DNA of 62,668 nucleotides, the filler included, from Globobulimina sp. (Eukaryota), in assembly GCA_003354225.1 (NCBI GenBank). It is 16 parts of 16 records of this genome, joined end to end, with 100 filler letters (N's around TTAATTAATTAA, not from the genome) between each part and the next. Parts side by side here need not be neighbours in the genome. Positions count along the whole stretch, not along the records: positions 1 to 3,826 come from PIVH01002030.1; positions 3,927 to 7,752 come from PIVH01002031.1; positions 7,853 to 11,678 come from PIVH01002032.1; 13 more parts are not named here. One strand, 5' to 3'. Of this stretch, positions 1 to 11,512 are shown piece after piece. Within the stretch, counting starts at the first letter, position 1. Each line of letters starts with the position of its first letter. The position numbers were made by a program, and so were the translations under genes. The notes under the pieces were generated by a model. It did not search any database. It was not told the origin of the DNA and saw nothing but the letters and a program-made list of their open reading frames with translations.

Positions 1-146
1 CCCGGGCAGATATGCTCGTTGTAGCGGAAATCCGTGCCGATCCGGAGATCCGCCCCACACCGGATGGCGTCGGCCAACGCCGGCTCACTCCCCCCGATGA
101 TCTGGCGCCCGGAATTCAGGGTGAGAACACAGTTCCAGCTGTCCAT
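1..146 (-). CDS. 5' fragment of a GC-rich, bacterial-looking hypothetical gene (chimeric contig end)
   Basis: Bases 1-~165 are much more GC-rich than the rest. The minus strand has AGGAG about 10 nt before an ATG at 146, then open MDSWNCVLTLNSGRQIIGGSEPALADAIRCGADLRIGTDFRYNEHICPG to the contig end. Confidence 0.5.
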   Translation of the reverse strand, partial: MDSWNCVLTLNSGRQIIGGSEPALADAIRCGADLRIGTDFRYNEHICP

Positions 147-169
147 GGGTGACCTTCTCCTCATGTTTG

Positions 170-1395
170 ACACAAAAATGCAACGGATATTGTTTCAATT
201 TATGTCGAACATCGCCAATATAATCTATATTTGCATCCAATTTCATTTCACGATCACGATTCTCATTCATTATTTTCTTCAACTTATTATCATATGCTTT
301 CTCATCCGGTTCCTCATTCGAATTGGAGTTCTCCTGATCACTTTTATCACTTTTATCACTTTCATCGCTGCTCACTGTGCTCTTAACTTTCTTGACTGCC
401 ATAATTAAATCCACTTGAAATGGAGGAGTCGCATGAAAAGTATCCAACATTTTTTGTAAAAATACTGCAGTGGAAACAATATATTCTACAATGCCTTCCA
501 AACTGTCACATATTTTATAGGTTGGCGTAAATTGCAGTCTATTCATTATTCGATGAATGTAAGTTGCCATCGCTTGTTTTAACTCGCCAGCTTTACTCAA
601 TACATTCATCAATTTGCTTTTTTGCGCCCACTGATTCAGATCCATTACTTGACCGTCATTCGCATATTTTTTTGCTTTATCTTTGGTATAACTGTCAATA
701 CAATATGTTAAGAAAGGAAATCCCGCCTTGTTACCAACGGCAAAGAAATACCTATTATATTTATATATATTGATATGTCAAAATATAACAACAGAATATA
801 TATGTACTGCACATGCATTAATATTTTATCTTCTTTATCGACTGTGGACATAATCGAACTCATTTGTGAGTGATACTTTTCTCGCACTTTATTTATTTCT
901 GCTTCACTGATACCAATACACATATTTACATTCAATGTATATTTCTTTCTCTTTGCTTCATACTTTCCTGCTTTTGCAATAATTCTTAAAATGCGTACAA
1001 TTTCTTCATTTTGCTCATTTGGTTGAATATGCGTTTGTGGATCGAAAGGAAACATATTATCAAATTCAATCAAAGTGCAGTCATCGCCTTCCTGTCCAAG
1101 TTCATCTCGAATCATATCATCATCCTCCATACCTAGACATGTTTCAATCGTATATTGGAGAATGAACAACTATGCATATATACCTGTTTCCTGTTTTTTA
1201 ATATCGCAATTGCCAGAGAGAAACAATTAATATGGTTGCACATGTTTCTTATAAGAAAAAAAAACAAACGTTTGCGAATTGTTTGAACTTGCCAATATCA
1301 TCCTCATTTTTGTAATCGTTTCTATTGAGGTGTTGGTAATAAAGGAACAATCCATGGTCTATCTTGTCAATTAGACTTAAGTCGCTTAACGCCAT
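170..1395 (-). CDS. Spliced hypothetical protein; 3' end lost at chimeric junction
   Basis: ATG at 1395 gives MALSDLSLIDKIDHGLFLYYQHLNRNDYKNEDDIGKFKQFAN, then a GTTTG donor. ORFs 708-1169 and 85-645 hold the later exons. Exact internal splice sites are uncertain. Confidence 0.5.
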
Positions 1396-1684
1396 TGTCA
1401 GCTTTGAGAAGCTTTTCACTGATAATTATCTTAACGGTGATCGAGCAGCTGCAAATGTCTAAAACGGAAATAATTAAACGTACAGTTACCATCACATCGT
1501 GAATTTAACGAAGTTAAATCAATATTAAATCATTATGATTTATGAATTTATTTTGAAATAAAATTGTATTTCCAGTCACAGCAAACAATTGATCAATTGA
1601 TTATAATTCATGATCATAATTCCAGAATTTTATATTTATAGTTGATAAACGATTATGAGTTTTATTGTCATTATGAACTAACCA

Positions 1685-3583
1685 ATGTTGTGTATGGAAC
1701 AACAGGACGCGTTCGCTCACAACTTCTGTGACACAGAGAATGAAACATCAGATTTTCATCTGTTGCCTGATACCCAGCAACATTCTGAGCTAGCTTTAAC
1801 AGGACGGAAAAGAGCAAAAACATGGAAAGTGGATGCATCGGACAGCAATATAATGATTGCACCACATCCAAAACGAAGAAAACTAGCAACACTCACTATA
1901 AACAAAACGAATCCGAATAACCGCACCAATGCTTCAAATATATCCAATAACCAATTTTTTAATTATTTATCAATTTATACAGATGAGCGGTGCTTACTTC
2001 ATGGCATTCACAATGATCTACAGAACGAATTCAATGAACGGCCGGCTCGCTTACAATCACTGATTGAAATGGTACATAACCAAAAATGGAGCGAATGCTG
2101 TCATTTTATGCCAAAGTTAGATAATATTCCCACCATTGATGGTATAGAAGGCTTGCATTCTGCGGGATATTTAGCGGAGTTACAGCATTCATGCGATAAC
2201 CAAACCCGCAGAAATTAGAACAGCATCAAATGTTTGCTTCACGAGATACGTATCAGATCCTTGAGCCACATCAAACTGCCCATTGCTTATTTTGCTGAAG
2301 CCACCAAACATGTTTTCTCGCATATTCCTCCGTTAACGTTGCCGCAAAATGAGAGAAACAGCGATCAACATAGAGACACTAAGAAATATGCGGTTGTTTT
2401 AAATAGGCCACCGGGGCATCATTGTGATGGCGAGGGGTACTCTGGATATTGCTTTATTAATTCAACAGCAGTGGCTATTGAGAAACAATTAAATCAAAAC
2501 ACAAAAGTATTGGTATTAGATGTTGATGTCCATCATGGCGATGGCACTCAGAAACTGTTTTATTCGGAGCCCACAGTGTTAACAGGTTTGTAATGAAAGA
2601 TTTGTATACAAATATTAAATTAACTGTACATATGAATATATATAGTCAGTTTTCATGAATATGATGGCTTATTTTTCCCAGCAACTGGAACCCGAACCGA
2701 ATATGGTCCATCACGGAGACATGAAGCATATGGCACGAATATTAATATTCCTCTCGAGGAGCAAGCTTCTGATTTGGATGTTTTGTATGCTCTGAGAAAT
2801 ATGGTATGGAAAATTGTGGAGAAGTTTAAACCGGATATTGCTTTCTATGCGGTTGGGACTGACGGTGTGGCCAATGATAAAGCAAATAATTCCACGATAT
2901 TTACACCGAATCTATATGGTCAGATTGCGTATGAATTAAAAGAATATGTAAATTTGATAGTGGTTACTACTGAAGGTATGTATGTATATATTATATTGAT
3001 TTTGTTGTATTTATATATATATAAATTGTATTTTTATTTTGTTTTTTTAGGTGGATATACCACTGAATATTTAGCGGATGGAATGTCGTCTGTTTTGCAT
3101 GGATTAACGGGACAAATTGATACTAATCGATATCCGAAAGAGGTTCGGAAGGAATCACTTTTAGCGTCGACAATTCATACTGTTGCCACGACAAAGAGTG
3201 ATTTGCGCAGAGTTTATGACTTTGAGTATGATTCACAAGAAGTTGAGAACATATTTAACAACAAGTCAATGTTAGATTTATTTGAATGGGAAACGGAGCT
3301 GAAAGAGAAAGAGAAAAAGAAAAGAAAGAAAGAGAAAAAGAAGAGGAAGAAAGAGAAAAAGAAAAAGAAAAAGAAAAAGAAACACAAAGTCAAAATTGAT
3401 ATAGAGAATGGAAGAAAGAAAGACAAGAAACGGCAGAAAAAGAAGAGAAACAAAAATATATTTGAGATTGGAACTGATTTGCTATTAAAACATAAGTTTA
3501 TCGATGGAATTGATTTGCTATTGTTTGCAGATGAATTATTAGCGAAAGAGGAACAAGAAAATATATTGATACATAAAGATTAA
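1685..3583 (+). CDS. Zn-dependent histone deacetylase family protein (class II-like) with Lys-rich C-tail
   Basis: Motifs ERPARL, RPPGHH, GYCFIN, LDVDVHHGDGTQ, SFHE..FFP, NINIPL, GTD and EGGY. Introns 2586-2645 and 2976-3050 restore the frame. There is a local disruption at about 2210-2281. Confidence 0.88.
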
Positions 3584-3826
3584 TTTTTTTGTGACTCTTT
3601 TAATTGTTATTGTTTGTATTTTTTATCCGTTGGAGATAGATTGCAATTATTGTTGGCGAAAAAAGTGTTTTTGAGTGTGCTGTTTGATGACTGTTTGTCG
3701 CAACCCACCAACCTTATTCCTGAAATGTCGGCAATTATTATTTTGCCTCTGTATAAATAAATGGTTTGATCGCAATGCAAATCCGATATTTTCTGTTGTA
3801 AAAACGAGAACGCACCCCAATAAAAA

Positions 3827-3926
3827 NNNNNNNNNNNNNNNNNNNNNNNNNNNNNNNNNNNNNNNNNNNNTTAATTAATTAANNNNNNNNNNNNNNNNNN
3901 NNNNNNNNNNNNNNNNNNNNNNNNNN
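3827..3926. other. Artificial contig spacer (N44 + TTAATTAATTAA + N44). Others start at 7753, 11679, 15605, 19530, 23454, 27378, 31302, 35225, 39148, 43070, 46992, 50913, 54833 and 58751.
   Basis: Identical 100-bp structure 15 times. The 12-mer puts stops in all six frames, and contig lengths decrease monotonically. Confidence 0.99.
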
Positions 3927-4024
3927 TTATATGTTAAATAATTCAACTAAGGAGCGTTCACTCCAGTCACCACATCATAACTTTCTCCACATTTTTCCTT
4001 TCGTTTTTGCCTAGTGCCCAAACC

Positions 4025-4586
4025 ATGTGCGTTCCCCAAAATTATAATTTAAAACAAGTATCAGCAGACGAGAAGTCCCAATTATCTGCTTCGTTGATCA
4101 ATCAAATTCAAGCAAAAGAGTTACATGATGGAATGTGGTGTATTCATTCCGTGACCGGCTATTCGGGTCAAATTAAAGGATTAAAAAAAATCAAAGGTGG
4201 TAAACATGGACATTGTAAAGTTGTTTATGAGTTAAGATTACCGCATAATAACACAATTAAAAAAGAATCATTCAAAGGTAAAAAAGTGGTCAAACAATCA
4301 TTTGTTGAAAAAATTGATTATTTGGTATCTCATTATGATAAACGGGTGAAACAATTAAGTTATTTGTTATAATGATGATTTTGAAGAAATGTATTTATCC
4401 GTTTCAAATGAGAAAAGCAATAAAAAAACATTCAAGAAATTATTAAAATGTATCGATTCTGCAGAAGCTGAGAACAAAGATTGTTTTGTGACAGTTATGG
4501 AAATACCAAAAGTTTCGATGAAAAATGAAGATGATGTTGAAATATTACAAATTATTTGCGACGTAAAAGTAATTGATCCAAATTAA
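4025..4586 (+). CDS. Divergent eIF5A-like protein (one frameshift near 4358)
   Basis: GKHGHCK matches the hypusine-loop GKHGHAK. The downstream DYLVSHYD...ICYNDDFEE...DCFVTVME fits the eIF5A OB domain once ORFs 4007-4372 and 4389-4586 are joined. Confidence 0.7.
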
Positions 4587-5046
4587 ATTAATTAAGCAAG
4601 ACGTCAATCAAACAAAATAAAAAAATACCAAATTAAATACAATAAATGCTGCATTTCACGATCAAATAAATAAAATCTATGAAAGTTAAAATCAACAGAC
4701 ATTCAATCTATGATTGTGTTGTGTATGGGAGTATTTACATTCTTTTTTTTTGTACTTTTTAACTGCATATACTCTTTTTGTTGTTTATTCAGACAAAAAA
4801 ATATGTGTTTTTTATCTATTTATATGCAATAAAATTGCAGTTATTAGATTGGTTGTTTTGCTTTTTTTATTTTTTATTTTGATCTATTTCTTCATCTGTT
4901 TCTCATTTTTTTTTCTTTTTTAATTATTAAAGCTTAGTAAAGTATGTGGAATGCGTTTTAATTCATTTATGTTACTTCTAAATATATGCATTGTGCAAGG
5001 ATATGAACAACAAAACAACAGTCTGTCACTATATCGTTATTTCATC

Positions 5047-5706
5047 TCATGTACGTTTTTTATTTCCATCATCAGCGGGTAAACTCCGATAGACGAATAA
5101 CAATGAAAATAACGGGAAGCAAACCCATGGCGAATTTAAAATTACCACAATTAAAGGATTGACAGCGTTATGTGCATTATTCATTGGCCAGAACTCTTGA
5201 AATAAAATCGTTGTTGTATTGATAATAATGCTTGTCATTGAGAGAACAAATAAAAATAAACATTTTGGATTATTTTTAAATTCTTTGTACACATTCTGTG
5301 TTTTAATCAATTTAGCCATAACATTTAACGCAGCAAATGTTTGCATTACATCTGAAAAGGAAACAGTTGCGATCCACCATCCAGGCCGTGCATTGACCAA
5401 TGGATCATAAGTTATTGAATATTTATACAATGTATTTATTAGAAACTTACATGGCCAAAAGCCATCACTTTTATTTATTTCTGTTCGTGGAAAAGGATAT
5501 AAAACTTGTTCAAAATCAATCATTGGCTGAATAAAAAAATAATGTGTCAATACAAACATATACCAACATTTCCAGAATGCTTCATGACGCGCAATGTTTT
5601 TTGTTATCTGTTTGAATCGTAAAAGATTTATTTGTTGAAAAAAATATCCAAAATATATCACCACATAAATGATATGACAAATTACTGTCAACACAAATTC
5701 ATCCAT
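5047..5706 (-). CDS. EXPERA (EBP/TMEM97/TM6SF)-like multipass membrane protein
   Basis: About 5 hydrophobic segments, Y..YDPL...PGWW and LNSPWVCFPL motifs. Confidence 0.65.
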   Translation of the reverse strand: MDEFVLTVICHIIYVVIYFGYFFQQINLLRFKQITKNIARHEAFWKCWYMFVLTHYFFIQPMIDFEQVLYPFPRTEINKSDGFWPCKFLINTLYKYSITYDPLVNARPGWWIATVSFSDVMQTFAALNVMAKLIKTQNVYKEFKNNPKCLFLFVLSMTSIIINTTTILFQEFWPMNNAHNAVNPLIVVILNSPWVCFPLFSLLFVYRSLPADDGNKKRT

Positions 5707-5752
5707 GATTTTCGTGATGCGATTAAACTTTTTGACCTAACATTTTTCCACT

Positions 5753-6748
5753 GTGACCATGGCAATGTCAACTTTCACTTTCAAATCTATATCCAAGACA
5801 TACACAATCCCTCTCCTACAATCCAACAAACGTCTTTTTTCATTATTTGGTCCCTCTGAGCATGACTGGAAGCGCTGGGCCAAAGAATACGGAATTGAGG
5901 ACTTGGAAGAGGAAGAAAACGCTAAACGCGATCCACGCGAAGTAACCCCACAGGAATTGCGTGATGTGTTGCGATTACAAGGTAAATTCGCCATTGATCA
6001 TACCATGATCCCTCAATTGGAATTGCCACAGAATGCGTGGTACAGTGACAGTCATATTTATATTCAGCAAACCAACGTAGACAACGTGTGGAGAATGGGC
6101 TATTCCGCCATACGTTTCATAGGCAGCCGCCACGTGGAATGGTTGGTATTCGATTCAGAACCAAAAGACATTAAATTATATAGCGAATCGTTAATGTATT
6201 ACAGTATTTGTGATTGGAGACCGGTCAAAATTATCATGCAAAGTATCAACGACATACAGTTTTCAATGTGTTCGCCGTTCCATCGCATTCAAATAATTTC
6301 AGTCAATGAGAAGATACAAAGTGATCCTTCCATGTTGATTGACGATGAAGTTGACCCGAATTGGAGATGGATAATAACCTTCCGATGGATCAATGAGAAG
6401 GAGGAGATTTTCAGTAAGCCGCCAATTGACAATGGACGGTATGGAAAGTGGTACGATGACGAACAATATTTGGAGTGGATCAAAGACGGCGGCAAATATA
6501 AAAAGTGGCAAATAGATCAGGTCAGGAAAATGGCGGAGGACAAAGCATTGAAAACAATGGATAGAATTGGCACTGGCGATAAAAGTGCGAAGGAAGAAAG
6601 GAATCACAAAAGAATGGAGGAAATGTTGAATAGTGAGGATAATCGACCAAAGTATTTGAAGTTGGATGATGAATGGAAGGGGCGCAACTATGCGGGACAA
6701 GAGGTGAAAAAGAGTAGATGGTGGAAATCGAGATGGTTCCCATTTTAA
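5753..6748 (+). CDS. Putative mitochondrial protein with a degenerate glycine-cleavage-H-like domain
   Basis: Ser/Thr/Lys/Arg-rich acid-free N-terminus (…KRLFS). LPQNAWYSDSHIYI...WRMGYS...SP...ISVNEKIQSDPSML...WII parallels the GcvH pattern. Confidence 0.5.
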   Translation: MTMAMSTFTFKSISKTYTIPLLQSNKRLFSLFGPSEHDWKRWAKEYGIEDLEEEENAKRDPREVTPQELRDVLRLQGKFAIDHTMIPQLELPQNAWYSDSHIYIQQTNVDNVWRMGYSAIRFIGSRHVEWLVFDSEPKDIKLYSESLMYYSICDWRPVKIIMQSINDIQFSMCSPFHRIQIISVNEKIQSDPSMLIDDEVDPNWRWIITFRWINEKEEIFSKPPIDNGRYGKWYDDEQYLEWIKDGGKYKKWQIDQVRKMAEDKALKTMDRIGTGDKSAKEERNHKRMEEMLNSEDNRPKYLKLDDEWKGRNYAGQEVKKSRWWKSRWFPF

Positions 6749-6869
6749 CTGTGATACAGCAACTTTCGTAGCATTCTCATGATGAACTGACTTGTGCTCA
6801 GCTAGGTTTTTTAGAAATAATAATAATGACAGTCCGCAGAAAATAAGCTATCAAGTAATCAGACATTGA

Positions 6870-7752
6870 TTACTGTACAACAGCGTCCGTCAATTGATTA
6901 TCAACTGAACATTCATACCACGCAGTAAATCTTGGGTTATTTGCATTAAATACGACACGGTGAATAGCAGATAATATTTTACCATTCGACATTTTTGCAG
7001 CAGCTTCGCCACACCAAAACACACTATCATTATTTCCAATTTTCCTCCAACAATCTTCAATATTATCATATAATTGCAATCCTTGAGATGTTGATAAAAA
7101 TGATAATGAAAATAAGCCAGGATCCGTATGACTGCTTACATTTTCTGATTTATTTTGAATCATTGCATATTCTTCGTTTTTATCATCATCATCAATATTC
7201 TCACTATTCTCATAATATACGAAATCTAACAATCCACATTTCACATTACTTGCATTTTGTTTATATCCCGACAATATTGTCACGTTACAATTGTTTTCAT
7301 TACATTTAAACTTAAAATGATTTATATGTTTTGAATTAAATATATTTTCATCTGTTGCCATAATATTTGTTATATTCAATGCCAAGTTATCAATCACTTT
7401 GGAAATATTTTCTAAATCATCACGAATGCATTTAGGATATTCTTCTTTTAATTTCATCATCAAAGTTCCAGTCAAAATGCGTAAAACATGTTTGTAATGT
7501 TTAAATTTCATATAACCATAACAGTCAAATAATTGATTCCATTCATTTTCATTTTTATGTTCGTTGTCAACAATATTGTTTTTCATTGCAGTATAAACAT
7601 TATCACATACACATTTTACTATTTTTTTAATATTTTGAGGGATTTTAATTAAACACCAACCTCTCTGACATAATAACGTTGAAAATAACTTCAATTCATT
7701 TTTATTTTTATTTAAAATCTTTGTTAAACATATTTCTGTTTTATATGTTATT
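6870..7752 (-). CDS. 2-oxoglutarate/Fe(II) dioxygenase (IPNS-like), 5'-partial
   Basis: HTDPGLFSL, GLQL and HRVV...R motifs. Confidence 0.85.
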
Positions 7753-7852
7753 NNNNNNNNNNNNNNNNNNNNNNNNNNNNNNNNNNNNNNNNNNNNTTAA
7801 TTAATTAANNNNNNNNNNNNNNNNNNNNNNNNNNNNNNNNNNNNNNNNNNNN

Positions 7853-9268
7853 AGCGTATTTACTTCGTGGAAAACAGATGATAAATTGAAACAATATGAA
7901 ATTGACAAAGTGGAAAAAACAATTATATTTTGTGCTCACTATAACTTACCATTAGAAATACGACGCGCTCTGGTCACACATGTCCGATATGGATGCAGTT
8001 ATAACTATGTCTTTGATCAATCGCAAATATTAGAATCTGTGCCTCCTTATTTACAAAAAACAGTGCAAAAATATCTGGCTCAACGCATTCTGAGTGAGCT
8101 GGATCTATTTCAATCGTTAACTGACGATGTCATTGGCCAATTGGTATTGAAATTGAAATCGAGAAGTTGCAATAATGGACACTTACTGTTTGAAAGGGGT
8201 GAGAATGGGCGGGAATTATATATACAAAGGACTGGACAGTCACGTTTGATGAATAAAGGAGATCCTCGCATGTTTAAACCCATTAAGAGAGGAGATATTT
8301 TCGGTGAAAATATTGTTATTTCACGGAAACGTATTCACTCCGTTCGATGCGAAACATGGTCAGAGTTTTATGTGCTTGATATGGAGGATATTTTAAATGT
8401 ATTGAAAGCGAATTATGGTCCAATAAATGCGAGAAAAGAATGGATCAAAATTAAGGAAATTGCGCTGAAAACGCAATCTGATTGGGATCATAGTCCACGA
8501 CATTGTAAAATGCCAACTCCGACAACATTGGACCCTATATTTGTAGCTCCAGGATTGCATGATACATCCATGGATTTGTCGGAAGAAAGTGTGTTGTTAA
8601 TGCAGCACGAAGTAGAATGTAACACTGAAAAACAACGCAAGCAAAAAAAACCTCTTGGATTTAAGTCCATGTTGGAGTTATTTAATTTTAGGGCCTCACA
8701 ATCGATACAAAACAAAAACGATGTGGAAGAGGATGAATCTGGATCTGAATCTGGATCTGAACCCAAACTAAGAAAACCTCCGACAATTAGGTCGCTGCAA
8801 AATTTATTTAAAATTAAGCAAACAAGTGATGAACGAGATAAACGCAATGTGTCTTCACAAAATCGACAATCAAAGGATTTTGTGATGGGAGTCAAAGGAT
8901 TTAGTAATGATTATAATTATGAATTTGTGGATAGTGGATGTGATGAATCTTTTGATGAATCATCAGCTGGCTTTGGACAACAACATGGTTTATATACAAC
9001 ATGGTCGAAAATTGAAATGGCAAAATTTAAGAAAATCTCAAATAAGGATGGATCTTACATGTACAAACCAGATGATACATTTGATAACGTGGAGAGAAAG
9101 GAGCAAGAGTTGAGTGCTGTTGTTGAGGACAAAAAACTTACATTGGATTTAGACGTGGCCCACGTGAGTGTATTGGACAAAATTAAAATAGACAGCAAAG
9201 AACAAGCAAAAAGCGATGATGCCGATATTCACGTTCCCTTTATGGGTAATAGAAGCAAGTCAGCTTAG
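7853..9268 (+). CDS. C-terminal part of a cyclic-nucleotide-binding-domain cation channel (C-linker + CNBD), 5'-partial
   Basis: LPLEIRRAL..H.RY, ILESVPPYLQ, LFERGENGRELY, GDIFGE and R.HSVRCETWSEFYVL. Confidence 0.85.
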   Translation, partial: SVFTSWKTDDKLKQYEIDKVEKTIIFCAHYNLPLEIRRALVTHVRYGCSYNYVFDQSQILESVPPYLQKTVQKYLAQRILSELDLFQSLTDDVIGQLVLKLKSRSCNNGHLLFERGENGRELYIQRTGQSRLMNKGDPRMFKPIKRGDIFGENIVISRKRIHSVRCETWSEFYVLDMEDILNVLKANYGPINARKEWIKIKEIALKTQSDWDHSPRHCKMPTPTTLDPIFVAPGLHDTSMDLSEESVLLMQHEVECNTEKQRKQKKPLGFKSMLELFNFRASQSIQNKNDVEEDESGSESGSEPKLRKPPTIRSLQNLFKIKQTSDERDKRNVSSQNRQSKDFVMGVKGFSNDYNYEFVDSGCDESFDESSAGFGQQHGLYTTWSKIEMAKFKKISNKDGSYMYKPDDTFDNVERKEQELSAVVEDKKLTLDLDVAHVSVLDKIKIDSKEQAKSDDADIHVPFMGNRSKSA

Positions 9269-9446
9269 CTTAGTTTTACTTTACACTGTTTTCAAATATT
9301 TGGTTTGTTATGAATTTTTTTGTTTGTGATATTACTAATCTAATATATTAACTTTACGGATTACTCTTCTCATTACTTTTAGCGATATGTTATGAATTTT
9401 GTTTGTTTGAGTTTTTGTTGAGTGAGACTTTAGCATCAATTGAACG

Positions 9447-10313
9447 ATGGCAGATATATCAATGGATATACAAGAAGAAGAAGAAAAGTATAATGGCGGT
9501 AATGATAATATTCAAAATATAGATAAAGATCGCAAGGAACACGCAGATGATGAACATTTTTTAATTAAAAATATAGACAAAGAATTATCAAAAGAATTAT
9601 CAGATATAGTAAATAAAAAAGTTCCTTTCAAAATAGAAATTGCAATATTTGCTGTATGTATCTTAATTGCATTTGTAATGTCTGTGTTATATGTTAGTTC
9701 TAATTCTGGTGATAGTGTGGCGCGATTTGGTATGTTATTATGTGTAGTAATAACAACATGGATCGGTGTAACAACTGGTATTCTTACAATATTCAATGGA
9801 TTAAGTATTCGTAAACAGGCAGAGGAGGTAATGGCGAATAATAAAGTATATGCAGGTGAATTACAGAAATATCAAAGACAGAATATTCAATTTAAAGATA
9901 ATGTGAATGATTTAAAAAAAGCAAATAATGCACTAATCGATACAGAAAGCGATTTAAACGAAACAGTGAATCAATTTGATGGCATCTTAAAAGATTTGGA
10001 AGCGCTCAGAGACGATTGGCCCGAATTAGATAACATATTTCATCGTTTTTCCACTGTGGATGCTTTATTAAAAGACATGCAGCAACAAAAAGATTTGGCA
10101 CATTTATACCAAGTATTTCATTCGAAATGTAAAAGGGATCAATCCGGATTAACTAAACATGAATGGAATTCATTTTTGGATGATATTAGCCAGGCTGATA
10201 GAGACAAATTACAAAAATTTGAGGAATTTTCCAAAGTTGATAGTATAACAACAGATGGGATAATATCAATGCATGAATTTGAAACTTTAATTCAGAAATT
10301 GTTTGTTAATTAA
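9447..10313 (+). CDS. 2-TM + coiled-coil + EF-hand-like protein
   Basis: Two hydrophobic helices, a heptad-rich middle and a C-terminal D....DGIISMHEF loop. Confidence 0.7.
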   Translation: MADISMDIQEEEEKYNGGNDNIQNIDKDRKEHADDEHFLIKNIDKELSKELSDIVNKKVPFKIEIAIFAVCILIAFVMSVLYVSSNSGDSVARFGMLLCVVITTWIGVTTGILTIFNGLSIRKQAEEVMANNKVYAGELQKYQRQNIQFKDNVNDLKKANNALIDTESDLNETVNQFDGILKDLEALRDDWPELDNIFHRFSTVDALLKDMQQQKDLAHLYQVFHSKCKRDQSGLTKHEWNSFLDDISQADRDKLQKFEEFSKVDSITTDGIISMHEFETLIQKLFVN

Positions 10314-10535
10314 CTGTTATGTATACTGTATATAAAGAGACAAAGTATAATTATTTTTCTCAGCCTTGTTTGTGCTCGAATCCTGAAAACGATATGTGAT
10401 CTGAAATATGTTCAAATCTAATTTATTAATATCCAGCAACAACACCATTACCAAACTGCGGTGTTTCCAAAAAGGTAGTATTCTAAAGTGAATTTACGCA
10501 AAAATCTATAAACAAATTGTACAAATTTACTGAAT

Positions 10536-11512
10536 TTAGGGAATACTGTCATCATCCGATTCGGATTCGGATTCGGATTCATCATCAAATCTGGTCACTG
10601 TATCCATGAAATCTCGAAATTCTCCACTTCCAATCTTTGAATTCTCATTTTTTTCAACATCACCAAATCCATTATAATGTTTTTTAATTCTTTTCCTGAA
10701 ATTATTAATTGTAAAATTTATTTATTAAAAAAAAATAAATTATTAACTGATAAATCGATGCTAATGATTGAAAAAATTTATTATAAGCGGCCTCATCCAA
10801 TGTTTCGTCTTTTTGCCATCGAAATGTTGCATTTCTTGCCGCCCGTAATACGTTTCTAAATAACTTAGCTTCGTCGTTTTTCCATTGTTGTACATATTTT
10901 TCTATCGATTGTATGACTCTGTCATGTTGCTCTCCGAGTGATTTATTATGTTTTTGTGCATCGATTGTGAATTGCTGAATAATTTTATTTTGTTTTCTTA
11001 ACTTTTTAATATTTTTGCTAAGTTTTGTTTTCGTTTTTTTCAATGTTTCAATGTTTTTATCCAAATTTTTATTTGATTCCACCATTTCTTTATTTTCTTT
11101 CTGAAATTTCCCATTTAATTCACCATAAATTTTGATCTGTTGCTCTAAAAAAAATAAATCATTAAAACTAAATATGGCATACAATGACATTGCAATGCAA
11201 GTACACGACGCAAGCAAAAAGCCGCCAAAACCACCCGTTAAATAAAAGAATATAGAGACTATTGATGCTATTCCAAATATAAGATATAATCCATATGACC
11301 AATGTTTACACGGATTAGATGTAAATTGCTTTAATGCACCACAAATATCAAAGGAATATGTTACATATTTTTTTCTTAATTTTTCTTCAATATCAATTTC
11401 TATATCAGAATTTACTGCCACCTCTGAATATTTATCTGCATTCGCTAAATTGCAATGAAGCATTCAAATTTGCAAAATTTCCTTAACTGCCATCCTTAAT
11501 TGTCGTTGCCAT
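10536..11512 (-). CDS. 2-TM + coiled-coil + degenerate EF-hand protein, probable paralog of 9447-10313
   Basis: Phase-compatible introns 11487-11445 and 10747-10696. The last exon reads KRIKKHYNGFGDVEKNENSKIGSGEFRDFMDTV...SIP*. Confidence 0.7.

Noticed and set aside
3214-3453. Phe-rich membrane ORF
   Set aside because: Antisense shadow of the HDAC Lys-rich tail.
3871-3882. Recurrent TTAATTAATTAA palindrome
   Set aside because: Synthetic six-frame stop linker inside N spacers.
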